Under the pieces are notes generated by a model, which saw only the letters and a program-made list of their open reading frames with translations, was not told the origin of the DNA and ran no database searches. The position numbers and the translations under genes are program-made. Shown piece after piece: positions 29,323 through 38,485 of a DNA stretch of 64,000 nt. Source of the stretch: an uncultured Christensenellaceae bacterium. Lineage in GTDB: Bacteria > Bacillota > Clostridia > Christensenellales > CAG-1252. The DNA lies in NCBI GenBank assembly GCA_964561145.1, contig CAZLNZ010000011.1:11230-75229 (forward strand), given 5' to 3'. The first letter of the stretch is position 1. Each line of letters starts with the position of its first letter.

Positions 29323-29426
29323 TATACCTGATAAGGTATAAAATTGCGTAGAAGTTATAAATTTGCACCCGATGGGGTGTAAATTTGTCTGTACCTCTTG
29401 ACAATATACCCGATAGGTGGTAAAAT
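29323..29426 (+). promoter_or_regulatory. hip promoter with three palindromic operators
   Basis: TATACCTGATAAGGTATA 29323, TTGCACCCGATGGGGTGTAA 29363 and TATACCCGATAGGTGGTA in the spacer of TTGACA(29398)-17-TAAAAT(29421). Confidence 0.8.
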
Positions 29427-29435
29427 GTGCGTACT

Positions 29436-29654
29436 ATGAATCAAATCGCACTATTCGTTAAACAAAAAAGAAAGGAAGCAGGACTCACCCAAGAAGAATT
29501 TGCATTCCGCTCGGGGTTAGGTCTTCGTTTTGTTAGAGAGCTGGAACAAGGAAAGGAAACGGTCAGAATGGACAAGGTAAATCAGGCACTTTCAATGTTT
29601 GGTGCTGTTGCAGTCCCCGGGGAGCTTCCTCGGGAGAAATTAGAGGAGTTTTAA
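29436..29654 (+). CDS. hipB: HipB-like HTH antitoxin/regulator (Y4mF type)
   Basis: XRE HTH (GLTQEEFAFRSGLGLRFVRELEQGK), first gene of the hip locus. Confidence 0.85.
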   Translation: MNQIALFVKQKRKEAGLTQEEFAFRSGLGLRFVRELEQGKETVRMDKVNQALSMFGAVAVPGELPREKLEEF

Positions 29655-29659
29655 CTTAT

Positions 29660-29986
29660 ATGTATTATCGTTCTGCTCGTGTTTTTTTGCGTGATCGTTT
29701 TGCAGGAATGCTTTCTGAAATCGACGGAGGCTATAGTTTTTGCTATGATTCCGAATATCTTGCGGATTCCTCATTTCCGTCAATTAGCTTGACTTTACCA
29801 AAAAGAAAAGAGGTATATTTGTCAAAGGTTCTTTTTGCTTTTTTTGACGGATTGATTCCCGAAGGGTGGCTTTTGAATGTGGTAACACACAATTGGAAAA
29901 TCGATATGAAAGACCGCTTCGGCTTATTACTTTTGAGCTGCAAGGATTGTATCGGTGCTGTATCTGTCGAGGAGGTGCGTGAGTGA
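29660..29986 (+). CDS. HipA N-terminal-like protein (HipS-like)
   Basis: YSFCYD..Y, ISLTLP, FFDGLIPEGW and DCIGAV motifs. Confidence 0.85.
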   Translation: MYYRSARVFLRDRFAGMLSEIDGGYSFCYDSEYLADSSFPSISLTLPKRKEVYLSKVLFAFFDGLIPEGWLLNVVTHNWKIDMKDRFGLLLLSCKDCIGAVSVEEVRE

Positions 29987-30948
29987 ATTGCCTTTGCTGT
30001 GGAAAACCTATAATCGGATTGTATGATGACGAATTGCAAACACAATGGCATGGCAAATGCATCAGCAATTTTTTTGGGACTAAAGACCTTCCTTTTTTTG
30101 ATTTATCCGAAATCGCAATTGAAAAACTTGCACTGGAAAGTGTAAACAGGGGATTTACGGTAACAGGTGTTCAAAAGAAACTATCTCTTCACCTATCATC
30201 GGAAAGAGGGAAGCGGTCTAGGTTGACTATTGTCGGGTATCCTTTGGGATATATCTTAAAGCCTCCAACTCATGAATATGCCTACCTTCCCGAATCGGAG
30301 TATCTGGTAATGCAAATGGCGAGGGTTGTAGGAATTAAAACGGTGCCTTTTGCTTTGGTACGACTTGCAGATAATAACAAGTTTGCCTATATTACTAAAA
30401 GAATCGATCGTACCTCTGCAGGGGAAAAACTTGCAATGGAGGATTTTTGTCAGCTTGATTCGAGATCTGCTGCAGATAAATACAAAGGGTCATATGAACG
30501 CTGCGGTAAAATAATCAGCACTTTTGCAACAAATCCATCACTTGATATGGCGGAATTCTACTTGAGGCTTCTATTCTCTTTTGTGGTGGGCAATTCTGAT
30601 ATGCATTTGAAGAATTTTTCACTCATAGAGACTTCTTTTGGTAGTGGACAATATTATTTATCGGATGCATATGATATGTTACCGGTAAATGTTATTTTGC
30701 CGCAAGATATGGATGAAATGGCTTTGACATTGAATGGAAAAAAACGTAACCTTGGACGAAAAGATTTTATATTGCTAGCCGAGAATTTAAAGCTAAATAA
30801 GACGGTGTATATAAGGTTATTAGAAAGAATTGTTTCTTTGGAAAAGACATATTTAGAGATGTGTAAGAACTCATATATGTCGGAAGATTATATTGATAGG
30901 TTGTGTTCTCTTATATCGAGGAGAATAGCATCTTTAAAGGAAAAATAA
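29983..30948 (+). CDS. HipA-family kinase toxin (HipT-like)
   Basis: Gly loop TVTGVQKKL, YILKP, MEDFCQ, GNSDMHLKNFS and AYDML. Confidence 0.9.
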   Translation: MNCLCCGKPIIGLYDDELQTQWHGKCISNFFGTKDLPFFDLSEIAIEKLALESVNRGFTVTGVQKKLSLHLSSERGKRSRLTIVGYPLGYILKPPTHEYAYLPESEYLVMQMARVVGIKTVPFALVRLADNNKFAYITKRIDRTSAGEKLAMEDFCQLDSRSAADKYKGSYERCGKIISTFATNPSLDMAEFYLRLLFSFVVGNSDMHLKNFSLIETSFGSGQYYLSDAYDMLPVNVILPQDMDEMALTLNGKKRNLGRKDFILLAENLKLNKTVYIRLLERIVSLEKTYLEMCKNSYMSEDYIDRLCSLISRRIASLKEK

Positions 30949-31083
30949 AAAAGAGAGGGATTGTCTCCAACTTCGATGCCGTCGCATCTTAAAGGCATAT
31001 TAAATGAAAGAGTGTCGATTTATACGGATTAGATACCGCTGTGAATGTATTGCTCCTAGAGTTCCTTGTTAGTATAATAATGC

Positions 31084-31366
31084 GGATGGGGATACCGACA
31101 CTTTGTGTCGCCCCTTCGGGGTTCGACTACAGAAATTGATGCCAATTTCTTCCGCTCAGTATGACAATTTAGATGATTGGCGGTATAAATCGGGTCGATA
31201 TTGCAGGATTTGCATGTACTATTTTCTAGGTACATTTCTTTCACTTGGTATGACATTCGAGTGTATTCCTTCTGAAAAGTAAAGGATGAGATACCGACAC
31301 TGTGTGTCGCCCCTGTGGGGTTCGACTACAGAAATTGATACCAATTTCTTCCGCTCAGTATGACAT
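31084..31366 (-). repeat. Tandem family-A reverse repeats (cores 31084-31166, 31284-31366)
   Basis: Direct repeat of 28866-29150, 200-bp period. Confidence 0.9.
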
Positions 31367-31520
31367 TTCAGATAATTTACAAGTGTTTACTCAATATCAT
31401 ACATCGTTTTACCATAGAAGATGTTTCCTTGTGTAAAGCAATGCGATTGCTTAAGAAAACCTGTATAGGCATAAGTAAAAATAATGCTGAAAAGCCATTG
31501 TCTTACAGCAAAACAGTATA

Positions 31521-31725
31521 TAAATGTCATACTGAGCGAAGGAATGTGGTACAATAAATTCACAAATAATCCAAATGACAAAACTATATCTAGAAAATAT
31601 TGTGTAATTTTTTCAATATCAACCTAATATATACCGCTAAACAGTCTAAAATGTCATACTGAGCGAAAGGCGAAAGCCTGGAGTCGAACCCCATCGGGGC
31701 GATGTGAAACATCGGTATCTCATCC
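31521..31725 (+). repeat. Family-A composite repeat (core 31651-31725)
   Basis: Same half-copy + spacer + core architecture as 21924-22133. Confidence 0.9.
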
Positions 31726-31867
31726 GTATTATTACCATATATTGCCGGCTATGGGTGTGTTTTTTTTTGTAAGATATTTCAATAATAACGATATCTTGTT
31801 GTCATTATTTTTTCAAGCGGTTGGTATTATACCTACTTTTTATCTTTTGTCATTCGGTGCTGATATT

Positions 31868-31900
31868 ATGAAAAAAAGCAGTCGAGCTGCTTTTTTTCAT
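31868..31900 (-). terminator. Bidirectional-type terminator
   Basis: ATGAAAAAAAGCAG-TCGAG-CTGCTTTTTTTCAT perfect inverted repeat. Confidence 0.8.
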
Positions 31901-31918
31901 AACGTTTTATTATTTTGA

Positions 31919-33253
31919 TTATTCGTTTGTTGTGTCCGTTGGTTCTTGATTTAATGTTTGTTCCGAGTTGTCTGATATATCGGTTGCGGAGGCGAGAATT
32001 GCGGCTCCGTCCGGAGAAAGTGTTAGGGCTTTTTCCTTCTTATAGGTTAGTTTTAGTAGCATCGGAACAATGAAAGAGGATATTATTATTAGAATAAGTA
32101 TAAAAGGGTAAATCCCTTTATCTACCATTCCGTAGTCAACACCCTTTTGAGTACATACCAACACAACCTCTGCTCTTGCCATCATTCCTATACCTGCCCT
32201 TAAGGAGTCCTTTATTCCGCATTTGAACATCATGGCACCTAAACCGCAGCCTATGAATTTTCCTAATAATGCTACGATTATATAGCATACGCCGAAGCCT
32301 ATCATTGTGGCGGTTATACCTGAAAAGTCGCTGTTGATTCCTATGTTTGCAAAGAACACAGGCGAGAATACCAAATAGCAGCAAGACTCTACCTTGTAAT
32401 CAACATAATTTGTGTCCCTCATGCCGGAAAGCAAAAGTCCTGCAAAGAATGCTCCTGTTATATCTGCGATTCCGAATACTGCCTCTGAAAGGTATGCAAA
32501 TAAGAAGCATACGCCAAAGCTTAATACCGCAACTCTTCTATGCTCGGGGAAATGATCTTCTAGTTTCTTAAAGAAAAATCTGATCAACAAGCCTGCTCCG
32601 ACTATAAAGACTATATAAACGACTATCTTGATAATTACGGCTAATGCTTCCATTCCACCATGGAAATACGGAGCAAGCGCACTTCCTAATAGATCTTCGC
32701 TACCTGAGCCTTGTCCTGCCAATCCGCTTACGAGAGAGATTAGTACAACGCCTATAACGTCGTCGATAATTGCCGCCGATACGATTGCAGTACCAATCGG
32801 GCTATTAAGCTTGCCCATTTCTTTGAGGGTTGCAACGGTGATGGAAACGGAGGTTGCGGTGATAATTACTCCGTAAAATAACTGTGAATATATTCCGCTC
32901 GAAGGGAAAAATAACCATGCAAGAAGGGTTCCCATGCCCAGCGGGACTACTACGCCTAAAATCGTAATAACGACGGCTTCGGCACCTGTCGATTTTATAA
33001 CCTTTATATCGGTATCCATTCCCGCAGAAAACATGATCAAAATAACGCCTATTTTGGCGATAAACCCTAAGCCGTCCTTTACATCGGCGGTGATTAACGA
33101 TTGATTTGGAATGTATTGAACTAAGCCTATTATAACGCCGGCTAAAAGCATTGCTACAACCTGCGGTAAACCTATCTTCTTTAAGCCTAAGCCTAAAAGC
33201 TTGGACAGAATAAGTATTAACGCAAGAGGAAGTAATATCTTATAATAATCCAT
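31919..33253 (-). CDS. Cation:proton antiporter (CPA2, NapA-like)
   Basis: About 12 TMs; ATSVSIT, AAIIDDVIG, GAFFAG, PVFFANIG and GMMARAEV. Confidence 0.9.
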   Translation of the reverse strand: MDYYKILLPLALILILSKLLGLGLKKIGLPQVVAMLLAGVIIGLVQYIPNQSLITADVKDGLGFIAKIGVILIMFSAGMDTDIKVIKSTGAEAVVITILGVVVPLGMGTLLAWLFFPSSGIYSQLFYGVIITATSVSITVATLKEMGKLNSPIGTAIVSAAIIDDVIGVVLISLVSGLAGQGSGSEDLLGSALAPYFHGGMEALAVIIKIVVYIVFIVGAGLLIRFFFKKLEDHFPEHRRVAVLSFGVCFLFAYLSEAVFGIADITGAFFAGLLLSGMRDTNYVDYKVESCCYLVFSPVFFANIGINSDFSGITATMIGFGVCYIIVALLGKFIGCGLGAMMFKCGIKDSLRAGIGMMARAEVVLVCTQKGVDYGMVDKGIYPFILILIIISSFIVPMLLKLTYKKEKALTLSPDGAAILASATDISDNSEQTLNQEPTDTTNE

Positions 33254-33404
33254 ATCCTACCTTCTTTATCTATGAGGTCGAGCCTCGGTAACTTTCATTT
33301 ACAGTTGTTTTTTCAAACGGCATAATTGTTACATCATTTCCTTTTTATGTCAAGTGTTTTGGCTAGTTTGATAAACCTTTTGTTTTCAATCGAGGTAATC
33401 TCCG

Positions 33405-33433
33405 TTGACAATAATCGGTCGTGGTCTTATAAT
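33405..33433 (+). promoter_or_regulatory. argS promoter
   Basis: Perfect TTGACA-17 bp-TATAAT. Confidence 0.85.
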
Positions 33434-33462
33434 AATAGTAATAATAAAGTTTAGGAGTATTT

Positions 33463-35199
33463 ATGGATATTTACGAGCTTGCTTCCTCTAGAATATTGGA
33501 AAAGATAAAAAGCTATTTGAAAGAAGTGCACGATGTGGAACTTCCCGATTCCGCAATCTGTACTGTTCCCCCTACAACAGAGTTTGGAGAGCTTGCCACC
33601 AATTCTGCAATGGTTTTGGCAAGAGCACTAAAACGTGCTCCTCGTCAAATCGCAGAAGAGTTGTTGCCTCAAATCTCATCCCTTGATTTTGTTAAATCGG
33701 CAGAAATTGCAGGTCCCGGTTTTATCAATATTCGCTTTAAGGAAAAATTTTGGGACGAGTTCCTTAATGCGGTTATAGAGGACGGCTTCTCCTTTGGAGA
33801 TGTTGTAAGGGATAATCCTGAAAAAATCAATGTCGAGTTCGTTTCAGCCAATCCTACCGGTCCGTTGCATGTCGGACACTGTCGTGGAGCAATACTTGGT
33901 AATTCCATTGCAAATATTCTAAAAAAGGCAGGATATTCGGTTACTAAAGAATACTATGTTAACGACCATGGGAATCAAATCGCCAATCTTTTGGACTCCG
34001 TACAATATCGCTATATGCAACAGTGCGGCTTGAGACTTGATGAGCCTGTGCCCGATAATTGTTATCCCGGGGCGTATATTACCGACTTTGCAAAAGGACT
34101 TTTTTCTCAATACGGAGATCAATATAAAAACAGCTCCAGAGAGGAATTCTATGCTTTGTTTAAAAAGGCAACCGTTGACCATATGCTTGACCTTATAAGG
34201 GATAATCTTAACGGCTTAGGTATCGTGTTCGATCTCTTTACAAGCGAAACCGACTTGGTTGATCAGGGTAAGGTTAACGCTTCCCTTGACCGTTTGAAGG
34301 AAATGAACTTGATATATAAGGGCAAAATCCCACGTCCTGTCGAAGCCATACAAGAGGATGAGGAGTATGAAGTTGAGCAATTGCTGTTCCGTTCCTCTGC
34401 CTTTGGTGATACCTCGGATAGAGTTGTGGTAAAAGCGGACGGAGAATTGACATACTTTGCATCGGATATAGCATATCACTACGATAAATATCAAAGAGGA
34501 TTCTCGAGACTTATAGATATTTGGGGAGCAGACCATATCGGCTACATCCCGAGAATGCAGTCGGCACTTGCCGCAATTACCGAAAGCAAGGCGAAATTGG
34601 ATGTCTTGTTGTGTCAAATGGTCAACCTCGAGAAAGACGGTGAGCCTTTCAAAATGAGCAAGAGAGCGGGTACGTATGTTCTTTTAACGGATGTTTTGGA
34701 GGAGATAGATCCGGATATCTTCAAAATTTACATGCTATCCCGTAACCCGGAAAGCCAAGTTACCTTTGACCTTGTCAAACTTTCAAGAGAGGCACAGGGA
34801 AGTGTTGTATTTTATATTCAATACGCTTTTGCAAGAACGAATTCTTTGCTCGGCAAGTATAAAGAAGTGTTCGGAAAAGATTACGTTGAGGAGAGTGTTA
34901 CCGACTTCTATGAGAATGCTAGTATAGAAGAACGTAAACTTTTGAACTCGATTGCAAGTTTCCCTTCAATTTTAAGAACCTCTGCAGACAAACTTGTTAC
35001 CCATTTAATCGTCAACTATATTTCTGAGCTCAGCGGATTGTTCCATTCGTACTGGAATACCGGCAGAAAGATAATCGATGCCGACAATGAAGAGTTGAGC
35101 AGAAAAAATCTTGCACTTATAACGGCTGTTCGTAATACTTTAGGTAGCGGACTTTCGGCACTAGGTGTTGAGCCAAGAGCATTTATGTCTAAAAAATAA
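33463..35199 (+). CDS. argS: Arginine--tRNA ligase
   Basis: EFVSANPTGPLHVGH (HIGH), GADHIGY, KMSKR and YIQYA. Confidence 0.95.
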   Translation: MDIYELASSRILEKIKSYLKEVHDVELPDSAICTVPPTTEFGELATNSAMVLARALKRAPRQIAEELLPQISSLDFVKSAEIAGPGFINIRFKEKFWDEFLNAVIEDGFSFGDVVRDNPEKINVEFVSANPTGPLHVGHCRGAILGNSIANILKKAGYSVTKEYYVNDHGNQIANLLDSVQYRYMQQCGLRLDEPVPDNCYPGAYITDFAKGLFSQYGDQYKNSSREEFYALFKKATVDHMLDLIRDNLNGLGIVFDLFTSETDLVDQGKVNASLDRLKEMNLIYKGKIPRPVEAIQEDEEYEVEQLLFRSSAFGDTSDRVVVKADGELTYFASDIAYHYDKYQRGFSRLIDIWGADHIGYIPRMQSALAAITESKAKLDVLLCQMVNLEKDGEPFKMSKRAGTYVLLTDVLEEIDPDIFKIYMLSRNPESQVTFDLVKLSREAQGSVVFYIQYAFARTNSLLGKYKEVFGKDYVEESVTDFYENASIEERKLLNSIASFPSILRTSADKLVTHLIVNYISELSGLFHSYWNTGRKIIDADNEELSRKNLALITAVRNTLGSGLSALGVEPRAFMSKK

Positions 35200-35220
35200 G
35201 GTATATTGTCTTAAAAAATG

Positions 35221-35253
35221 TATCGGTTGATACTTTATCAACCGATATTTTTT
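35221..35253 (+). terminator. argS terminator
   Basis: TATCGGTTGATA-CTT-TATCAACCGATA followed by a T run. Confidence 0.85.
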
Positions 35254-35435
35254 GTATACACTTAATCAAGGTAATATTTACAGATAAGATCTAAGTCCTC
35301 TAAAAAATTCACCTTACGTCATTTGAACCGATTTATAAGGATGAGGTTAGTACAATAATTCGCATTAGATATTAAAGTTAATGCCATGGTACAAAAAAAG
35401 AACATCAAGATATGTTGCTAATGCGGTAATACGGT

Positions 35436-35698
35436 TATCTAATTGTAGGGCGGGGGCTCGTCTCCCGCCGAAATCCTCTTTACACTACGGTGTGTGCCAC
35501 ACCTACAGTCCCTATGTCTTTTCGCTTCGCTCAAATCCACCTCCCCTTACACGGTTGAGGCTTTTTCTGCGGATTCTAATTCATCATACGTAGGGCAGGC
35601 GGCAAGGTTTACTCCGCATCATTAAAAACGACAGATATAAAAGTTAACAATTGCTGCTAGAAAAAATTGCAAGAGAACATATCTAAAATGTCAATCCT
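35436..35698 (+). repeat. Family-B repeat, copy 2
   Basis: Direct repeat of 21667-21935. Confidence 0.85.
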
Positions 35699-35705
35699 GA
35701 ATATT

Positions 35706-35822
35706 TTTTTCAAGCGACTTTATATATAAAGTTGAAACTTTTTCAAGCGAGTTTGTGTGTAAAGTTGAAACTTTTTCAAGCGAGTTTTATAAAAGCGAGT
35801 CAATTTTTTCCGAACGAGTTTG
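35706..35822. repeat. 33-bp tandem repeat (3-4 units)
   Basis: TTTTTCAAGCGA(C/G)TTT..TAAAGTTGAAAC at 35706 and 35739, degenerate at 35772 and 35805. Confidence 0.75.
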
Positions 35823-35847
35823 TTTAACGAAGGTGCTAACTGCAATG

Positions 35848-35876
35848 AAAAAGGCTCACCTTTTGCGATGAGCCTT
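35848..35876 (-). terminator. gyrA terminator
   Basis: AAGGCTCA..TGAGCCTTTTT on the - strand. Confidence 0.7.
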
Positions 35877-35910
35877 ACTAATGTTTGATAAATGTTTGCA
35901 AGTTCTAGAA

Positions 35911-38475
35911 TTATTCTCCGTCAGGAACCTCGTTATTTGGCACTTCTTCTGCGTTTTGTTCGACTACGGTTTCCTCTTTTACAGCCTCTTCATCGGAGGT
36001 CGTTTCTTCCGGAGTTTCTTCTTCGAGATGAGGCGCGATAGCTATAGATTTAACTTTACCGTCACCGACATTCATAATGCGGACACCTTGGCTTACTCTG
36101 CCGATCTTGCTTATTTCCGATATTGCCGTTCTGATCATTATTCCGGTATCGGTGATAAGGAGTACATCGTCTTCGGGGTTGACCATGGTTATTGCGGCAA
36201 TGTTTCCCGTCTTTTCATTGAATACACCTGCCATAACGCCTTTGCCGGCTCTTCCCTGTACACGATAATCGGATATATCCGTTCTCTTTCCGTATCCCTT
36301 TTCGGTGATTGTAAGCACCTCTTGTCCTTCTTTTATCAAGGAGATGTCAACGATATAGTCGCCTTCGTCCATGTCCATACTCTTTACACCATAGGCTGTA
36401 CGACCCATAACACGGACTCCGTTTTCGTTGAAACGAATACATTTTCCCTTAGAGGATGCCATTAGTAGCTCTTCTCCGCCCATCGTTACGCAAACGCCTA
36501 CAAGCAAGTCGTCCTCGTCCATCTTGATTGCAATTTTTCCGCTGTTTCTGATGCTTTCGAATTCGGATAGGTTACATCTCTTGATTTTACCGTTTCTTGT
36601 TGCAAGAACCAAGTGACCGCTCATTTCCTGTTCGTGGGTGATGGGTAGGATAGTTGTAATAAACTCGCCGTCATCGATGTTGATGAGGTTATTAACCGTT
36701 CTGCCTCTGCTACCCTTGCCCGATTCGGGAACTTGATAGCCTCTTAATACATAACACTTGCCCTTGTTGCTGAAGAAGTATAAATCGTCGTGTGTCGAGC
36801 AAAGGAATACGTCCTCGATAAAGTCGTTATCTTTGGCTTTGTGCGCGGTAACTCCAACTCCGCCTCTGTGTTGTGCCTTGTACTCTTGTGCGGGATATCT
36901 CTTGATATAGTTCTCGTGAGTAAGGGTAATAACGATATCTTCCTTTGCGATAAGGTCGTCAATGTCTATTTCGCTATAATCGAGGGTTAATTCGCTTCTT
37001 CTGTCTTGATTGTACTTTTCCTTGATTTCCGATAGCTCTTTGATGATAACTTCGTCCACGAGTTTAGGATCTCCGAGAATAGCGGTATACTCTGCTATTG
37101 CAACTTCTATTGCAGCCAACTCCTCTTTGATCTTATCGACTTCGATAGCCGTCAATCTTTGCAAACGAATTTCAAGTATAGCATTTGCTTGCTTTTCGGA
37201 TAATGCAAAGCGGTCCATCAGCTTTTGTTGAGCTTCTGCTTTATCTCTTGAAGACTTGATGAGTTCGATAACTTCGTCAATGTTTTGTTGCGCGATCAAT
37301 AAGCCTTGCAGAATATGCTCTCTTTCCTTTGCTTTGTCTAGATCGAAACGGGTACGTCTAACGATAATCTCTTGTTGGAAAAGGATATAACTAGCAAGTA
37401 TCTCCTTAAGGTTCATTACGGTAGGAACTCCGTTCCTTAGTGCCAAGAATATCATCGGGAAGGATACTTGCAAATTGGTGTGCTTGAATAATTGATTGAG
37501 TACAACCTGGGCATTGGCATCCTTTTTGATGTCGATAACTATTCTCATACCCTTACGGTCGGATTCGTCGTTGATGTCGGAGACGCCCTCTAATCTCTTA
37601 TCCTTTACCATATCGGCAATGTATTTGATAAGGTTGGCTTTGTTGACCTGATAGGGGAGCTCGTGAACCAAAATACGGCTTCTGCCGTTCTCCTCAACGA
37701 TTTCGGTTTGTGCTCTTATAATACAGCCGCCTCTTCCGGTGCGGTATGCCTTACGCATGTTTTCGATGCCCAAAACAAGTCCTCCTGTGGGGAAATCGGG
37801 GCAAGGAACGTATTTACATAAATCCTCGATGTCGATATCGGGATTGTTGATCAAAGCGATTGTAGCGTTGATTACCTCTCCGAGATTGTGAGGAGGGATA
37901 CTTGTTGCCATACCGACTGCGATACCGTCGGAACCGTTGACCAAGAGGTTGGGGAATCTTGCGGGAAGTACCGTAGGTTGCATTAGAGTATCGTCGAAGT
38001 TGGGATAAAAATCAACGGTTTTCTTATCGATATCTCTTAGCATTTCCGCAGCGATTTTGGAAAGTTTTGCCTCGGTATATCTTTGTGCGGCGGCAGGGTC
38101 TCCGTCAACGGAACCGAAGTTTCCTTGACCTTGAACCAGAGGGCAGCGGATAGAAAAGTCCTGTGCCAGTCTTACCAATGCATCATATACGGCAGTGTCT
38201 CCGTGGGGGTGATATTTACCTAAAACGTCACCGACTATTCTTGCGCATTTTCTGGTAGGCTTTTCAAAGTCGAGACCCAATTCGTTCATTGCGAAAAGTA
38301 TTCTACGATGAACCGGCTTTAATCCGTCTCTGACGTCGGGGATGGCACGTGAAACGTTTACAGCCATTGCATAAGCAATAAAGCTATGCTTCATTTCGTG
38401 CTCAACGTCTACCTTGATTATTTTGGTATTGTCCTGTATGTTTTCGTATTCTTTGTGGAATTTGTTTTTACTCAT
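35911..38475 (-). CDS. gyrA: DNA gyrase subunit A
   Basis: [21 protein letters not shown], active-site RYTE, GyrA-box QHRGGVG and acidic tail. Confidence 0.95.
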   Translation of the reverse strand: MSKNKFHKEYENIQDNTKIIKVDVEHEMKHSFIAYAMAVNVSRAIPDVRDGLKPVHRRILFAMNELGLDFEKPTRKCARIVGDVLGKYHPHGDTAVYDALVRLAQDFSIRCPLVQGQGNFGSVDGDPAAAQRYTEAKLSKIAAEMLRDIDKKTVDFYPNFDDTLMQPTVLPARFPNLLVNGSDGIAVGMATSIPPHNLGEVINATIALINNPDIDIEDLCKYVPCPDFPTGGLVLGIENMRKAYRTGRGGCIIRAQTEIVEENGRSRILVHELPYQVNKANLIKYIADMVKDKRLEGVSDINDESDRKGMRIVIDIKKDANAQVVLNQLFKHTNLQVSFPMIFLALRNGVPTVMNLKEILASYILFQQEIIVRRTRFDLDKAKEREHILQGLLIAQQNIDEVIELIKSSRDKAEAQQKLMDRFALSEKQANAILEIRLQRLTAIEVDKIKEELAAIEVAIAEYTAILGDPKLVDEVIIKELSEIKEKYNQDRRSELTLDYSEIDIDDLIAKEDIVITLTHENYIKRYPAQEYKAQHRGGVGVTAHKAKDNDFIEDVFLCSTHDDLYFFSNKGKCYVLRGYQVPESGKGSRGRTVNNLINIDDGEFITTILPITHEQEMSGHLVLATRNGKIKRCNLSEFESIRNSGKIAIKMDEDDLLVGVCVTMGGEELLMASSKGKCIRFNENGVRVMGRTAYGVKSMDMDEGDYIVDISLIKEGQEVLTITEKGYGKRTDISDYRVQGRAGKGVMAGVFNEKTGNIAAITMVNPEDDVLLITDTGIMIRTAISEISKIGRVSQGVRIMNVGDGKVKSIAIAPHLEEETPEETTSDEEAVKEETVVEQNAEEVPNNEVPDGE

Positions 38476-38485
38476 AATAATTCAC

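Noticed and set aside
21924-31725. Family-A repeats as a CRISPR array
   Set aside because: Units are 75-210 bp, dispersed and in both orientations. The intervening sequences are themselves repeated rather than unique spacers, and there are no cas genes.
33255-33310. Possible cation riboswitch upstream of the antiporter
   Set aside because: Only a 4-bp hairpin (GAGG-CTCGA-CCTC on the - strand) is visible and I cannot match it to a known family. An Rfam scan would decide.
33434-33462. T-box leader for argS
   Set aside because: The promoter is about 30 nt from the start codon, leaving no room for one.
35706-35822. Mini-CRISPR
   Set aside because: The 33-bp period leaves only about 7 variable bases, too short for spacers.
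21400-35900. Prophage, ICE or IS element as the source of the accessory block
   Set aside because: No integrase, transposase, relaxase or phage genes were recognised.
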